Positions 1-12,580 of a stretch of 34,513 nt of DNA are shown piece by piece. A program made the translations under genes and the position numbers. The notes below the pieces were generated by a model. That model worked only from the letters and a program-made list of their open reading frames with translations. It made no database searches and had not been told where the DNA came from. The stretch is taken from contig CT868083.1 of NCBI GenBank assembly GCA_000165425.1, forward strand, positions 1 through 34,513, in the 5' to 3' direction. The DNA is from Paramecium tetraurelia. Taxonomy: Eukaryota. Each line of letters starts with the position of its first letter. Position 1 is the first letter of the stretch.

Positions 1-2010
1 TAAAATATACTATTTCATTTCCTGATCGTAATTCATGGAATCCTATTTATTATTATAATCCATTTACAGAAATTCCTGTTTTATATTTAGAAATTATTAA
101 TAAAGGTTGTGAACTAATTCCGCAAAAGTCTACATACGATTTACCCATTAATGGTTATACGCATCCTATAATAATCGATTCATCTGAATGTATTCCTATT
201 GTTGATACCAAACTGAATGTTACTATTTAAGATAACAATAAATTATAATTAGTTCCTATTTAAATGAGTATATCAAGATATAGATTTGAACTTATTAAAA
301 GAACAACTCGAAAGGCTCCAGAATATAGCTATATTTTTTAAATCAAAGCCACCAATGAAACTCTTCCAGGTATTATTACTTAAATATTGGTTAATAACAT
401 ACCAATCTCGATATCTGCAATATTATAGTATACTGAATAACCCAAAGCAACTCCCTTGAAGGGATTATACAGTTAAACATCAAACACTATTTCTTTATCA
501 ATGACATGTTCTTAACCTTCTGAAATTTTACTTGTGATTGGAATTGATGAAATTACAGATGAATCATTCGAAAAAATAAAATCTAATTCAATTTCTAACG
601 AACTCACAGGAGATTATGATTTATTTAAATTATAACCTGAAAATTCAACCTTACAATAGGAGAGCAGTTACCTTCTCAAATATGAGATACTGCCTTCAAA
701 TTTAATCATGAATATTTATAATAATAGAATTGGAAACCAAATTACTTATAATGATTATGACATTGTAAGCTAAGTAAATTAGTCTCTAATAAAAGACAAT
801 TCTTATAAAACTTTGATGAATTCTATAAGGAGAATGATGATAAATAGATTAAGTTTGCTAGAAAAAACAAGTCAATTACATTTACAACGAATCTAATCTA
901 AATTAAATTATTTTGATACTACAGTAACATTCACTCTCTCCAATATGAAATTTAATACAAAATATTCTTTTGGGTATTACTGTAAAAATTTAAATGGAAA
1001 TACATCAGAAATTTCAACAAACTTTCAATATATAGCTAACGAAACCTCAATGAATAATAAATCATTAAGTAAAATGTTATCATTAAAATTTAAATAAAAA
1101 ATATCATCTTAGTAAGAAAATAATATTCTTTGTGCCTTAGCATAATACTTATCAATTAATTATTATTAAGTGCTATCTAGAGAATGCAAATAATGTAGAT
1201 TTTTAAAAATATCCATTATGATAAAATAAATTACAAATAATATTTACAATTAATTCAAGATTTTGTTCCCTTTGAAAATAGATCTGCGACAGAAAAATAA
1301 AAAATATTTAGATAATTTATATACAATGAAAATTTATTTCAAATAACTATCCATCCTCAAATGGTTAAAATTTTGATATTACATAGAAGATTGACAAGTC
1401 AATTAATTTTAACAAATGAAACAATTTTAAGTATTATTAATGTTACAGATGATTTCTCACTTACCTTTAATTATGAAAGCTTTTTGTATTAAGAACTGAA
1501 ACCCCCAAAAAGATCTAATGTTGAATTAGCAACATAATTAGTTTTACTAAATTATGAATTCAAGACTATTAGTTTGGATATTACAATAAAGGCTAATCAA
1601 GATGTACTTGGAATTGTAGGATTACATGTATAAATTTAATTAATATTTTTAGAAAATTGAACCAATTTTTGAAAATGTAATTAAACATCCTACTGGTATC
1701 ATGCTTAGAAGAGGCATTTTAAGTACATTCAGCAATATATCTGAAGGAGTCTAATTTGCAGAATTAGCAAAAAATGAAAATACAACTTTGACATTTAAGG
1801 ACATGATAGATGGCTAAAAGTATGATTTTATAATTAAGTAGATATTTAATCTATTACTCATCTACTGATTTGCTAAATGATTGTTTAACAAAATAATATT
1901 AAGAAACAGTTGTGCAATAAATAACTTTTGTTAGTTAGTAGCAAAGTTGTGAATCCATTTTGCATATAAATATCGCTTTAATACTACTTGTTATTTTATG
2001 CATAAAATGA
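1..2010 (+). CDS. 3' part of a large, probably GPI-anchored surface/secreted protein (5' end outside window)
   Basis: Ciliate-code frame open from base 3 (KYTISFPDRNSWNPIYYYNPFTEIPVLYLEII...). Introns at 1628-1652 and 1820-1841, plus one frame-restoring event between 1112 and 1220. Ends ...QQQSCESILHINIALILLVILCIK-TGA(2008-2010), a terminal hydrophobic tail with no cytosolic segment. Confidence 0.75.
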
Positions 2011-2069
2011 TAATTTAGTATATAATTCAATATTATATATTAATTTTATTCTTTTGCTATTAATCGAAA

Positions 2070-2898
2070 TCATTTTCTTTCTTAACTTAATTTATTATCT
2101 AATTTTTCTGTCTTATTTTTTCTTTCTTTTATAATCTCAATAAAATGACTTCTTCCAATATTAATTTATTTTTCCTTAAAGTCACATCATCGAATCCGTA
2201 TTTCTTAGTCTTATTTTTTATTTATTACTTTTTTAAAAGTTTATTTTTCTTCATTCAATTATTCTGCAAATTCTAATGTTGGAATAAAGAAAGGAGCACT
2301 TGCATCGTAATCTTGATTATTTGCACTTCCTGGTACTTATGTTTAAATGCTAAATTAATGTTAAAATAAACACTTTTAAGAAATATATTAGCACATGGTT
2401 TACTCTACAATTGGATGGTTTTTTTCATTTTTTACTATTTTGAATTTAGTCTTATGCATACGAGTTTTCTTTTTAGGAGGCTATTTAGAAATAGATCGTA
2501 AATTATCTAATAAATCTGTATTTTGTTAAGCTTTCAGTTATTTATTATTTGCTAATCTCTTTGCTTAAATTATTAAATATCATTTACAATATATCTTCTT
2601 AGTAATTTACATTCCATTCCTTAAAAATCTAGTTATCATTCTTTTATTTCGATTGCTCTTATTTTTCATCAAATTGCCTTATTGATTTTAATGGAACATC
2701 AGGTAACTATTATCGATATTGAATTTTTGGTAAAGAATAAGCTTGGTATGCTTGATTTACGTCAAAAATTAATTGAGCCTTTTATGGAACAATAAACTAT
2801 AATTGTGAAGCAACCTTAGTCTAAACCTATTAATTCATAAAAAATAATATTAGTAATAAATTTTATATTCTTATAAAACACTCATCTAATTTATTCAT
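2070..2898 (-). CDS. Hypothetical K/Q/E-rich protein; exon structure approximate
   Basis: ATG at 2898. Ciliate-code segments include MNKLDECFIRIQ, QAYQAYSLPKIQYRQQLPDVPLKSIRQFDEK, QVPGSANNQDYDASAPFFIPTLEFAEQL and YGFDDVTLRKNKLILEEVILLRL...ERK-TGA(2072-2070). Short introns are needed to join them. Confidence 0.55.
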
Positions 2899-2920
2899 TT
2901 GAATAATTTAGTATTTTTGT

Positions 2921-3411
2921 ATGCTGATTAAGTAAAATACATAAGAATAATACAACTACATATTATTCTAAGGCAGTTCTGATAAATCTGTACCTTAATT
3001 CTAGATTTTGAATAATCAAAAGAATCCACAATGCTTAACCATAAAATTCACAATAAAATCTGAAATACTTTTCAACAAATTATTTGCTAAACAAATGCAT
3101 AAATGGCAAAGAACCTAAAAAACAATAGATAGAGTATTAGAATACATTTCAAATATATTATTATACAGAAAACTAAGTAAAAGTGTTACTTGAAGTCTAA
3201 TTATGATGTTGTAATACACAAAAATTCTATGAATAATTTATAAATCCTTTACCCTAAGATAATACTAAATGATTGTAGAAGACATCCTATATAGTTTAAT
3301 TTAAAAATATTCATTCCTTTGGTAGTTTTTTAACTTAAATAATGTGACATTTCATGTTAGGGTTGGACTTGCATATTTTTATTATAATTCTTATTGTAAA
3401 ATGTTAAATGA
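2921..3411 (+). CDS. Small hypothetical protein
   Basis: ATG 2921 (MLIKQNTQEQYNYILFQGSSDKSVPQF...). A second open segment KCYLKSNYDVVIHK...CDISCQGWTCIFLLQFLLQNVK ends at TGA 3409-3411. They can be joined by a 35-nt GT..AG intron at 3134-3168. No homology recognised. Confidence 0.4.
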
Positions 3412-3422
3412 TTTATATTAAA

Positions 3423-4083
3423 TCAATCTAATAGCTTTGATTTTACATCTGAATCAATTTTAGATCTAATTATATGTAAAAATAGATAGATTAGACCAAG
3501 AGTGAAGAGTATCCAGCTGAAAAAATCACTTGACCTAGCCCAAAGATTAACACATTAAGTACCTAAGCTAAAAAAAATACACAATATATATTACAAAATA
3601 TTGTATATTCCTCTTCCCAAATAAGATCTCAAAAATCTAAAATAGATATTCACTTCTAGTTTGTAATACTCAGACAATATTAGCAATACTCCAAAGAACC
3701 TATATGTTGATATTGATTTTTTATACACATAAAATAATGGAAGAAACATTGTGTAAAATGACATCAAAAAGTTGGAGGAATTCCATATTTTCAAAGTGAA
3801 TAAAAAGTATAACCCCCCAATTGCAACATAAGTTCTTCATTATTACAATATTTTACCCAGCACCAATGTTGATATATTTTGTGTACAATAAAAATTAATC
3901 TATGTATTCACCACTATCATGTTAATCTTCACCCATTATCAATGGTTGATTGAGATCATCTGTTTAAGCATATTATGGGGGTTGTTCCAACTAAGGTTAT
4001 TCGTTTTGGTTTTCAGGTTCAAATTTAGGATATGGATTTTCATTTGGTTATGAACTAGTGTTAGTATTATAATTATCTTCCAT
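3423..4083 (-). CDS. COPI-associated / TVP15-like small multi-pass Golgi membrane protein
   Basis: ATG 4083 with an acidic P/Q/N-rich N-tail. Introns at 3835-3856, 3700-3726 and 3568-3594. Spliced product ...IGAGTYVAIGGLYFLF...LFYVFFGVLLILSEYYKLEVNIYFRFLRSYLGRGIYNIFLGTQ...FSWILFTLGLIYLFLHII. The F-x-FL-x-x-Y-x-GRG-x-x-x-IFLG pattern is typical of TVP15/COPI_assoc. TGA at 3425-3423. Confidence 0.75.
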
Positions 4084-4098
4084 TAATTTTAATTATTA

Positions 4099-6010
4099 AT
4101 GCCTCCAAAGAAACAGCATCATAAAACTTAGTCTTCTGACATCTCTGCCTAAGCAATAATCAATTTTCTCTCAAATAGAGATTCATAAAATGGTAGATAA
4201 TCTCCAACCAAATAACTTGATTTGCTAAAAATGAAGACCTAAACCCATTAAAGTCCATAACCAGTTAAAGTAACTTAGTAATAATAAACATTGCTTTAAA
4301 ACATGATGAGACAAAGCTAAAGGAAATTACAATAACCTGAAACAACTAAATCAAGAATTGGCCTTATGTCTCCAAAGGTTTTGAGTCAAATTCATATGAA
4401 AACATAGCCACATTCTCATTAGAACTCATAAGTTAATTTAAAGGAGTCAATGCAATAATTAATGTCAATTCCACTTTCAGCTACAAGTAAAGTAGTTAGC
4501 AAAGAAAAAAAACTTATAGAAGAATTATTAGCTAAAACTAAGAATTCTAAATAGCAATCATTCTTTCCAAAGAGCCCATCAATTGAATAAAAATTTTAAA
4601 CACATTCTGGATCATAACCGCTCATATTTTTAGAGAAGTTTAAACCAACTACTGCTAGGTATAAATTTATTTTATTATTAACAGAAAATAGGAAATGATG
4701 ACAATTGTGCTTTAATATAAAAACTTCCGTTAAAAATATGCAATAGACATATCTATGAATAAAATTTAATGGTTAATTGACTTTGTTAAGCAAGAACTTG
4801 GAATACCAATTTAAGGGATTAGAACTACTGGAATTTCTATACCGGTTGATTTTATTCTATCTAAACCTGATAAACCTTTAAGTTTATTATCAGGATTTCC
4901 AATTTAACCTTTATAAATAGAACCAATTATTATGAATCCTAATGAACCAAAAGCAGCTAGAGTCACTCTTAAAGATTTTGAATTTATAAGGTGCATAGGG
5001 ATGGGTGGATTTTCAAAAGTATATATGGTTAGAGAAATGCATACAGGATAATTTTACGCGATGAAATTGATAGAAAAAAAGCCTATTCTATAATAAAATA
5101 AATAATAAATTATTTAATAAGAAAGGGATATAATGTCAAATTTGGATCATCCATTTATTGTTGGATTATAATATGCGTTTGAATCACGAAAATATTTAGT
5201 TTTTGTATTAGAATATTGTTTTGGAGGAGAATTATTTTATTTATTAAGAAAGGTAAAGATAAATCAACATAACTATAGGTAAAAAGAATGAACGAATAAG
5301 AAGCATTTTTTTACTTTGCTGAGATTTGTCTTGGAATGAAACACCTCCATGATAATAATATTATTTATAGAGATATCAAACCAGAAAATATTCTAATTGA
5401 TTTTGATGGACATGTTCGTATTGCTGATTTTGGATTATCAAAACCAGGCATGGTTGACCAAGAAGTTGCTTACTCTTTTTGTGGTAGTCCAGAATACATG
5501 GCACCTGAAATGCTCTTAAAAGCAGGCCACACTATTTAGTTAGATTTATACTGTCTAGGAGCACTTCTATATGAATTAGTTACAGGATTACCTCCATTCT
5601 ATTCTAGAAACACAGATGAAATATACTAAAGAATATTGAATGCTAAACTTACTTTTCCATAAAACTTATCTGCATCTATTAAAGATCTTTTGAATGGTTT
5701 GTTGGCAAAGAATCCAAAAAAAAGAATTGAAAGCATTGATACCATCCTACGACATCCTTGGATGATTCAATGGGGAGATAAAAACCTTTATAAAGATTTA
5801 TTGTCAAAAAAGATAGAACCTCCCTTCAAACCAGATTGTTTTGCCTTTAATTTTGATGAAGAGGAGTTTGGTAAAGGTGAAGCAGAATTTCTTTAATATA
5901 TTAAACCACTCTAACAAAATGTAATGGAGAATTATCCTAAGGATATAATCTTGAAAAATTTTTATTATAATTGTATGTAAGAAAGCACTGGTGGAACCAT
6001 GCAAAGGTGA
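4099..6010 (+). CDS. AGC-group Ser/Thr protein kinase (Akt/SGK/S6K-like catalytic domain) with long N-terminal extension
   Basis: Motifs IGMGGFSKV, YAMK, HPFIV, EYCFGGELF, YRDIKPEN, DFG, SFCGSPEYMAPE, GLPPFY and AGC tail PPFKP..FNFDEEEF. Introns at 4659-4684 and 5253-5278. TGA at 6008-6010. Confidence 0.95.
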
Positions 6011-6190
6011 TATAATTTACAATCCTTGATATAGCAATATTTTTATATTAATTTTAAAATTCAAATCTCTTTTGCATTTAAGCATGAAGGAAAATTTATC
6101 TTCTTTTACAATTCTAACTTAACTTTAATCATTATAATTATATTATCCTTATGAATTATAATTATTATTTTATTTGTATTAGTATCTATC

Positions 6191-7632
6191 ATGCTTTCTT
6201 AATGGATTGAGAGTATTTGTTTGGTTAAATTTGACATTGAAATTGGTTAAATTGTAGAATGGACTTAACCATTATCATCAATAACAGAATAAGAAGAAAA
6301 AAATATAAGCATGTTGGCATTCCCAGATTCTAATGCCTTTTCTTAAAATGAAGGTATAATATGTAATTCCAAAATAGGACATCTTAAGTATGTGTTTAGA
6401 GTTAGAAGGTCAGGTGGAAAAAATAGATTTTCATTGGGATTTGCATTATTCATGTAAAGAAAAGATGAAGATAATCCAAGAGGTTATACATAAAAATCAA
6501 TTGTAATTTTAACAAATTTGCCTCTTGTTACTTTCTATTATAATTTATTAGAAATGATTTATTCAAATATCAAGCAAGGATGTCTAAAAGCATAATTACA
6601 AGTAAAAATATATTTTTATACTTAAGTTTGCTTATGAATAAATAAGTAAATTGGGAAAAACCATAGCCCAATAAATTATTTAATCTCTAAATATTTAATA
6701 ATAAAATAGCAGTGGAAGTTCCACATTATTTAAAGATGTAAAAGGTTGATTCTTAAATGAATGTTGAATTATAAGAAGTGTTAGAAGAGTTAACTCTTAC
6801 AAACATGATTCAATTTGATGACTTAAGAGACATTGGATAATTTTAGGAAGCCAATATTTTTGCAGCATTACCGTAATTAAATAATCAAAAACTAAAAGAC
6901 ATGCTATGTTAGTTCATTTACCAAAGCTATGGGAACTTATTGTCACAAATCAATAATTTATGGTTATAGCAGATTCACCTTATCAGTGCAGTGAAATTAT
7001 ACTTGGAATGATTAGCTTAATTTCACCTATGAAGTATAGTGGGGATTACAGACCATATTTCACTATTTATGATAAGGAATTTCAATAAATCAATTAGGAA
7101 CTTGAAAATTCAATAGTTCGAAATATCATTATAGGAGTAACCAATCCTTTCTTTCTGAAAGTAAAATATGTATTAAATTATAGGCTTTCAAAAAATTTCC
7201 AATTATTATTAGATGTGATTCATAAGCATAATAGATCAGATTATTAACATAAGGCAATAAAGAATTTTGTTTGCTAGATGACAAACAAACTTTGAAAATG
7301 ATGATCCCAATAAAAAATGAAGAAACAAAAACAATTAATAATTCATTAATAAAAAAGATTTATCGAAATATGTCTTTAGAATTCATTGGACTTTTTGAAA
7401 TGTATTTTGCATCTTAATAAAATGTATTCATCAATATTATGACTAGTAAGTAAAAAAATTCGATGAGAAAGAGTTTTTAGAATTTACCAAAAACTGCAAA
7501 GTCTCATTTTAGGATTTGTTTGAAAATAAACAAAAATTTGTGAAGCTGTATCAAACATTTATTAGAAGTTCCAATTTTTTAACATATTTGAATGATCGCA
7601 AAAATGTGTATATAGCGAAAAGCATTATTTGA
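6191..7632 (+). CDS. DENND6: DENN domain protein, DENND6/FAM116 family (putative Rab GEF)
   Basis: Motifs WIESICLVKFDIEIGQIVE, LAFPDSN, RGYTQKSIVILT, LWELIV, LISPMKYSGDYRPYFTIYD and IIIGVTNPFF match DENND6. Introns at 6354-6377, 6602-6626, 7161-7183 and 7424-7446. TGA at 7630-7632. Confidence 0.9.
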
Positions 7633-7664
7633 TAGTAATACTAATATTTAAATTTGAAATTATT

Positions 7665-10600
7665 ATGAGTTAATAAAGCTGTTTCTTCAACGAAATCACG
7701 TCCATTGAAAAGATTTAGGAAGAATCCATTTATTAGCAAAGGTATATTTATATGATTACCTCAGCCAATCTAATACCCAATATTATGTAAATCAATCAGA
7801 CAAATCAATTAATTTTTTATCGAAAGGAGGGAATTAATTCTTTTTACCTTTGGATGTTGAAATAAACTAAGTATTTCCATTATCTGAAGGTCTCTTGCTA
7901 GGTTGGGGTAGGGATGAATTTAATTACTCTATAGTATTAAATCATCCTCTAGCCTCTATTACAACATTAGGAACTTATAATAGCACATTAGGGACTATTG
8001 AGCCTTGGATACATATGCAAGAAGAAATTATTTATGCCCATAAAATTCTGCCAATATTGATAACCTATAATTCTTAATTGATGAGGCATTGTGTTTATAT
8101 TTTAAAAGTTGACGATAAACAAGAAGTGCAAAATTACAATCTTACTGAAAAAACAGATTGCCAAGTAAGTATTCTCATAAACTAATTTTAGATCATTAGC
8201 GAATTATATTATGAAGAAAATATTAAAGAAGAAAAGGCAAAATAATGTGAAATAATTAGAAGTAATGTTGATGGAGAATTATTAATTTGTTTATTATCAG
8301 ATCATACAATAAGAATTTTAGAAATGAATTTCTAAGAAGAAAACAAAAGCAAAAATATTTTTAATAGTTTAAAAGTAGTTTAAACTATATAAAAAGTTAG
8401 TTAAATATAAGTATTCAACATGATTGATTCAATATGTGCTGAAACTATATCTATTAAAAAAGAGAAACTGAAATACTAAAATAATCAATTTGAATATGTG
8501 GCTTATCAAATTATTAATCACAATAATATTCCATCAAATTTATTGATCTTACATACGAATTCTACATTTACTTTATTAAGTGGTAGCAAAATCCTTTTAA
8601 ATTATCAAATTAACGAATAAATTAATGATATCTCTTAATTTAATTGCGCTCCTGTTATAACTGAACCCTTAATACAAACAATCTTACATTCTTTGAAGAT
8701 TGCTTTAGATACTCAATAATACATTTGCCTATTTAAAGATGTCATTATTAATTGCTTATAAAATCAGAACCTTAAATTAGAAATGTCAAAAAATAATATA
8801 GATAATGAATTCATGAGATTTACTTACCTAATGTTATGTTACTTAAAGTTAAGCAGCAATAAAAAAGATTGCGAAGATCAAATCTAAAAAAAGATTAAAA
8901 GTAACACTCCATCGGTTTAGTAGTCTCCTATGAAAGAAAGTTCAAAAGCATTTTAATAATTATTAAAATCTAATTATCACAAAGAAAATTCTAGTTATGA
9001 TAGCAATTCTTAATATTGTCATTAATAACAATAATAGTAATAGAGTTTAAGTTTTATTTATCACATGACTATGGAGATGTTTAATGAAATTTAAGACAAG
9101 ATTTTATATGTTTTACATTTATTGTATTAAGAATTATTGTTATCAGATGAAAAGTAGGCTAATAAGTTGCTGGTTTTACTATATTATTATTCCCTCAATA
9201 TGGATAATGAAGTTGCTATTAATTATAGTGATTATTACCTCAGAATAAATCCATCATTATAATCTATGTATTAAAATGATAATTTTATATCCCTTTTGCC
9301 AACTATTAGATCTTTGACTTTGCTTGGGTAACCATAGTAATAAAACAAATAGAAAATTCTGCCTCAAAATCCAATAGACTTGAATAAATGGTTGAGCAGC
9401 TTATTAATGAATAATCCAATATCATTTCCGATATTATTTAAGAGGACTAAATAATTGTGCATCATAATGTAATCAATTCTAAAGAAACAATTAATCCATA
9501 TTTCTTCAATATTATAGTGTGAAGTTTAAGACTTTTAAATTTTATATTAGGTACAAAAGACTTAACTATTTTTCTAAAAAGTTTTAAATCAAAAATTGCA
9601 AATCAAATATATTTAATAAAAGAAAAATAAACTAGAAATGCTCACAAAATTAAGAGGGCCTTCTTTGATGTTATATTTATGCAGTGAAAAACGTTGGAAT
9701 AGAGATATTATTAATAAACTTCCTTTATAATTTAAAATTGTTATTTTAGAAATAATCACTTTATTAAGAAATAATTTTCCAAATGACTTAATGGGATAAA
9801 TTACTAAAGATTCATATTTATTAATAGATAGAATGGATATTTATTTAAATTGCAAATTATATATTCAAAATCCTGTAGAATGTGAATTTAAAAAATATGT
9901 TAATTCAATTTTAAGTGGGCAAATAAAAAGTTTATAGAATGAAGATGATCATGATATCTAATATGATTAACATTTGATGTAGCAAGTTAAGAGACAATTT
10001 GACTTTACAAGAGACATTCGAATAAAAACAAAAATGACTGAACATATTCCTGAAGAAAGATTGGATTAAGATGCTCCTTCAGTATTATTAAAGTTATTGA
10101 ATCGAAAATTAGCTATGTTTGTTGGGTTAGGATCATTAACATATGGTACAAGCGACCATTTTATTACTGATTAAATAAAATTTCCTTCATTAAACTTATC
10201 TGGAATCCTTCAATAAAATAGCTTGAAATTAACAATAGATTCAACAAGAGAAGATTATACATAAATGACATAATGGCCAGAATTTCATTTAGGAGTTACC
10301 TTGTCGCTATAGTTATCCAAAAAATTGAAAGGCTTAAGTCAAGAATCCTTAAGAACTTGGATATTTTATTAGAAACCATAAAATCCTTCTAATATCCATG
10401 GAGGATTTATGTTAGGATTAGGATTATTAGGATATCTAAATTCATTTAATTAGATAGATTTATATTAACTTCTTACATAAAACCATGAAGCAACAAGTGT
10501 GGGAGTATTATTAGGTATTGGAGCATCAAGAATTGGAACTTGTGATGAGCCTACTTAAAAATCTTTAACTGTCCATATTCCAAGTTTGATACCTAGTGTT

Positions 10601-12499
10601 TATGATTTGGAGCTACCAAGTAATGTTTCTACGAGTGCATTATGTTCACTCGGATTCTTATTTATGGCTAGCGGCAATAGAAATTTTACTGAAGTTGCTT
10701 TGGGTTTAATAGGTAGAAAACCCCATAATGATAAAGTGATTGATAGAGAGGGATATTCTCTTGCAGCTGGAATAGCATTAGGATTAATTAATTTAGGAAA
10801 AGGAAGTGTGTGGAGAAGAGAACTTTAAATTGTAGATCGATTAATCAGATTTGTTCAAGGAGGAAAAGTACTCCCTCCGCCTTAATCCTCATTATCTACT
10901 AATTTTATGTAAAATGAAAGTGTCAGCAGTTCAATACGAGAAGGTAACATGGTTAATGTACATGTTACTTGCCCTGCTGCTCTAATGGCATTAAGTTTAA
11001 TGTTTATGTAAATGAACTAATAGAATATTGTAGATTAATTAAATATTCCTAATTCTTTTAGTAGTTTAGAGAGTTGCAACCCAAATCATATCATATTAAA
11101 ATCTTTAACTAGAAATATTATCATGTGGGATAGTATACCAACAACTTAAGCAGATTTACATTCATAAATTCCAGAATTAATTTCATTTTTGTTCGAGCAA
11201 CCTTTAAAAAAAATCCATTAAAAGTTCTATTTAGTATATAATGTAGAAGTGATCGATTTTATGTCTGTAAGTATGATATATACAGGTATGATATCTGGAG
11301 CATTATTAGCCATGGGTATAAAATATGCTGGAACTCATGATTAATAAGTCAAATAACTTATGATAAAATAAATAGAGTTCTTAATAAAATTAAGAATATC
11401 TTAAAATGAATTTGCCAATGACCCAGATAATAAGTGCGCTATTGATTAATACACTTATTATACTAATATTGTTAATGCTTTATAAGGGTTATCTCTTTTG
11501 ATGGCTGGCAGTTTTGATTAAGAAGTATTGACAATAGCTAAATCTTTAATATAAAAAATGGAAAATTCATAAATTTGGCATTTCGGTTTCCATTAAGGAA
11601 TAAAAATGGCTATTGGTTTTGTATTTATGGGAAAAGGAGGGTATTCATTCAAAAAATCAAAAAAAGCAATCAGTATGCTATTATTATCTTTGTACCCATA
11701 TTACCCAACTAACCCTGGAGATAATAAATAATATTTATAAGCCTTAAGATGGAGTTACGTTTTATCAATAAGACCTAAAATATTTAAAATTATTGACGTG
11801 AAGACTCATAAAACTGCAAATTTATAGATTAAAAATGAGATATTTTCTGATCCTAATTACTGCTAATCAAACTTTTCATTTACAAATAAGGCAATATAAA
11901 CAATTTATGTACAATCAAAAGTCTTAAGCTAAAATAATTAAGATTTATTAAATCCAAATAACACTCTTAATCATATTGATACTTTATTATTGATTGGCGA
12001 TATGTAGACGATTGACTCAAAGCTAGATGGGCTTTATGAGTATAAGTTTATCAAAAATTTAAAAGAGAAATAATATTTTTTAAAATTGTTGCAGCATGAT
12101 TAAAGCAATTTTATTTAAATCTTAGCTTCTTTATTTAATACTAATAAATATGCCCACATACCAATTCTTGGATTATTTTATAAATTGTACCAAAATAAAT
12201 TAGTACTATCCTAGGAAGTTATTGATTAATTAACTCCTACAATTAGTGTTACTAACCAAGAACTAAATAAATACATAAATTAAGATTTTAAAAATATGTA
12301 GTTTAGTTTAGTATCACACAAAGTCTACAGCTTTTTATCAATATATAACTTGCCTTATCTACATGACATAAAATAAATAGTTAAAGTTGCTAAATAGATT
12401 CCCCTCTAAATGTTAGAATTTTATTTATACAAATCCTTTGAAGACATCTAACAACAAAAATTAAAGCAATTAGCTCATTCAATATTATTAAATTAATGA
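7665..12499 (+). CDS. APC1: Anaphase-promoting complex subunit 1
   Basis: APC1 PC-repeat region motifs: WPEFHLGV, HGGFMLGLGLLGYL, HEATSVGVLLGIGASRIGT, LTVHIPSLIP, DREGYSLAAGIALGLINLGKG, NVHVTCPAALMALSLMF, YPYYPTNPGDNKQYLQALRWSYVL. Introns at 7742-7764 and probably 8165-8191. TGA at 12497-12499. Confidence 0.95.
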
Positions 12500-12580
12500 T
12501 AGTTATATATTAAAATATTTGAAAAAAAAATATTTATATATATATTAAAAATAATCCATTATTGATTAATAATCTCAAAA

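Noticed and set aside
1112..1223. Frame change in the first gene, explicable as a 26-bp TA-bounded IES (1196-1223) or a GTAG...TTATG non-canonical intron (1195-1220)
   Set aside because: A canonical 29-nt GTAAG...TTAG intron at 1112-1140 also restores the frame, as would one sequencing error. The IES ends fit the consensus poorly. It cannot be decided without RNA-seq.
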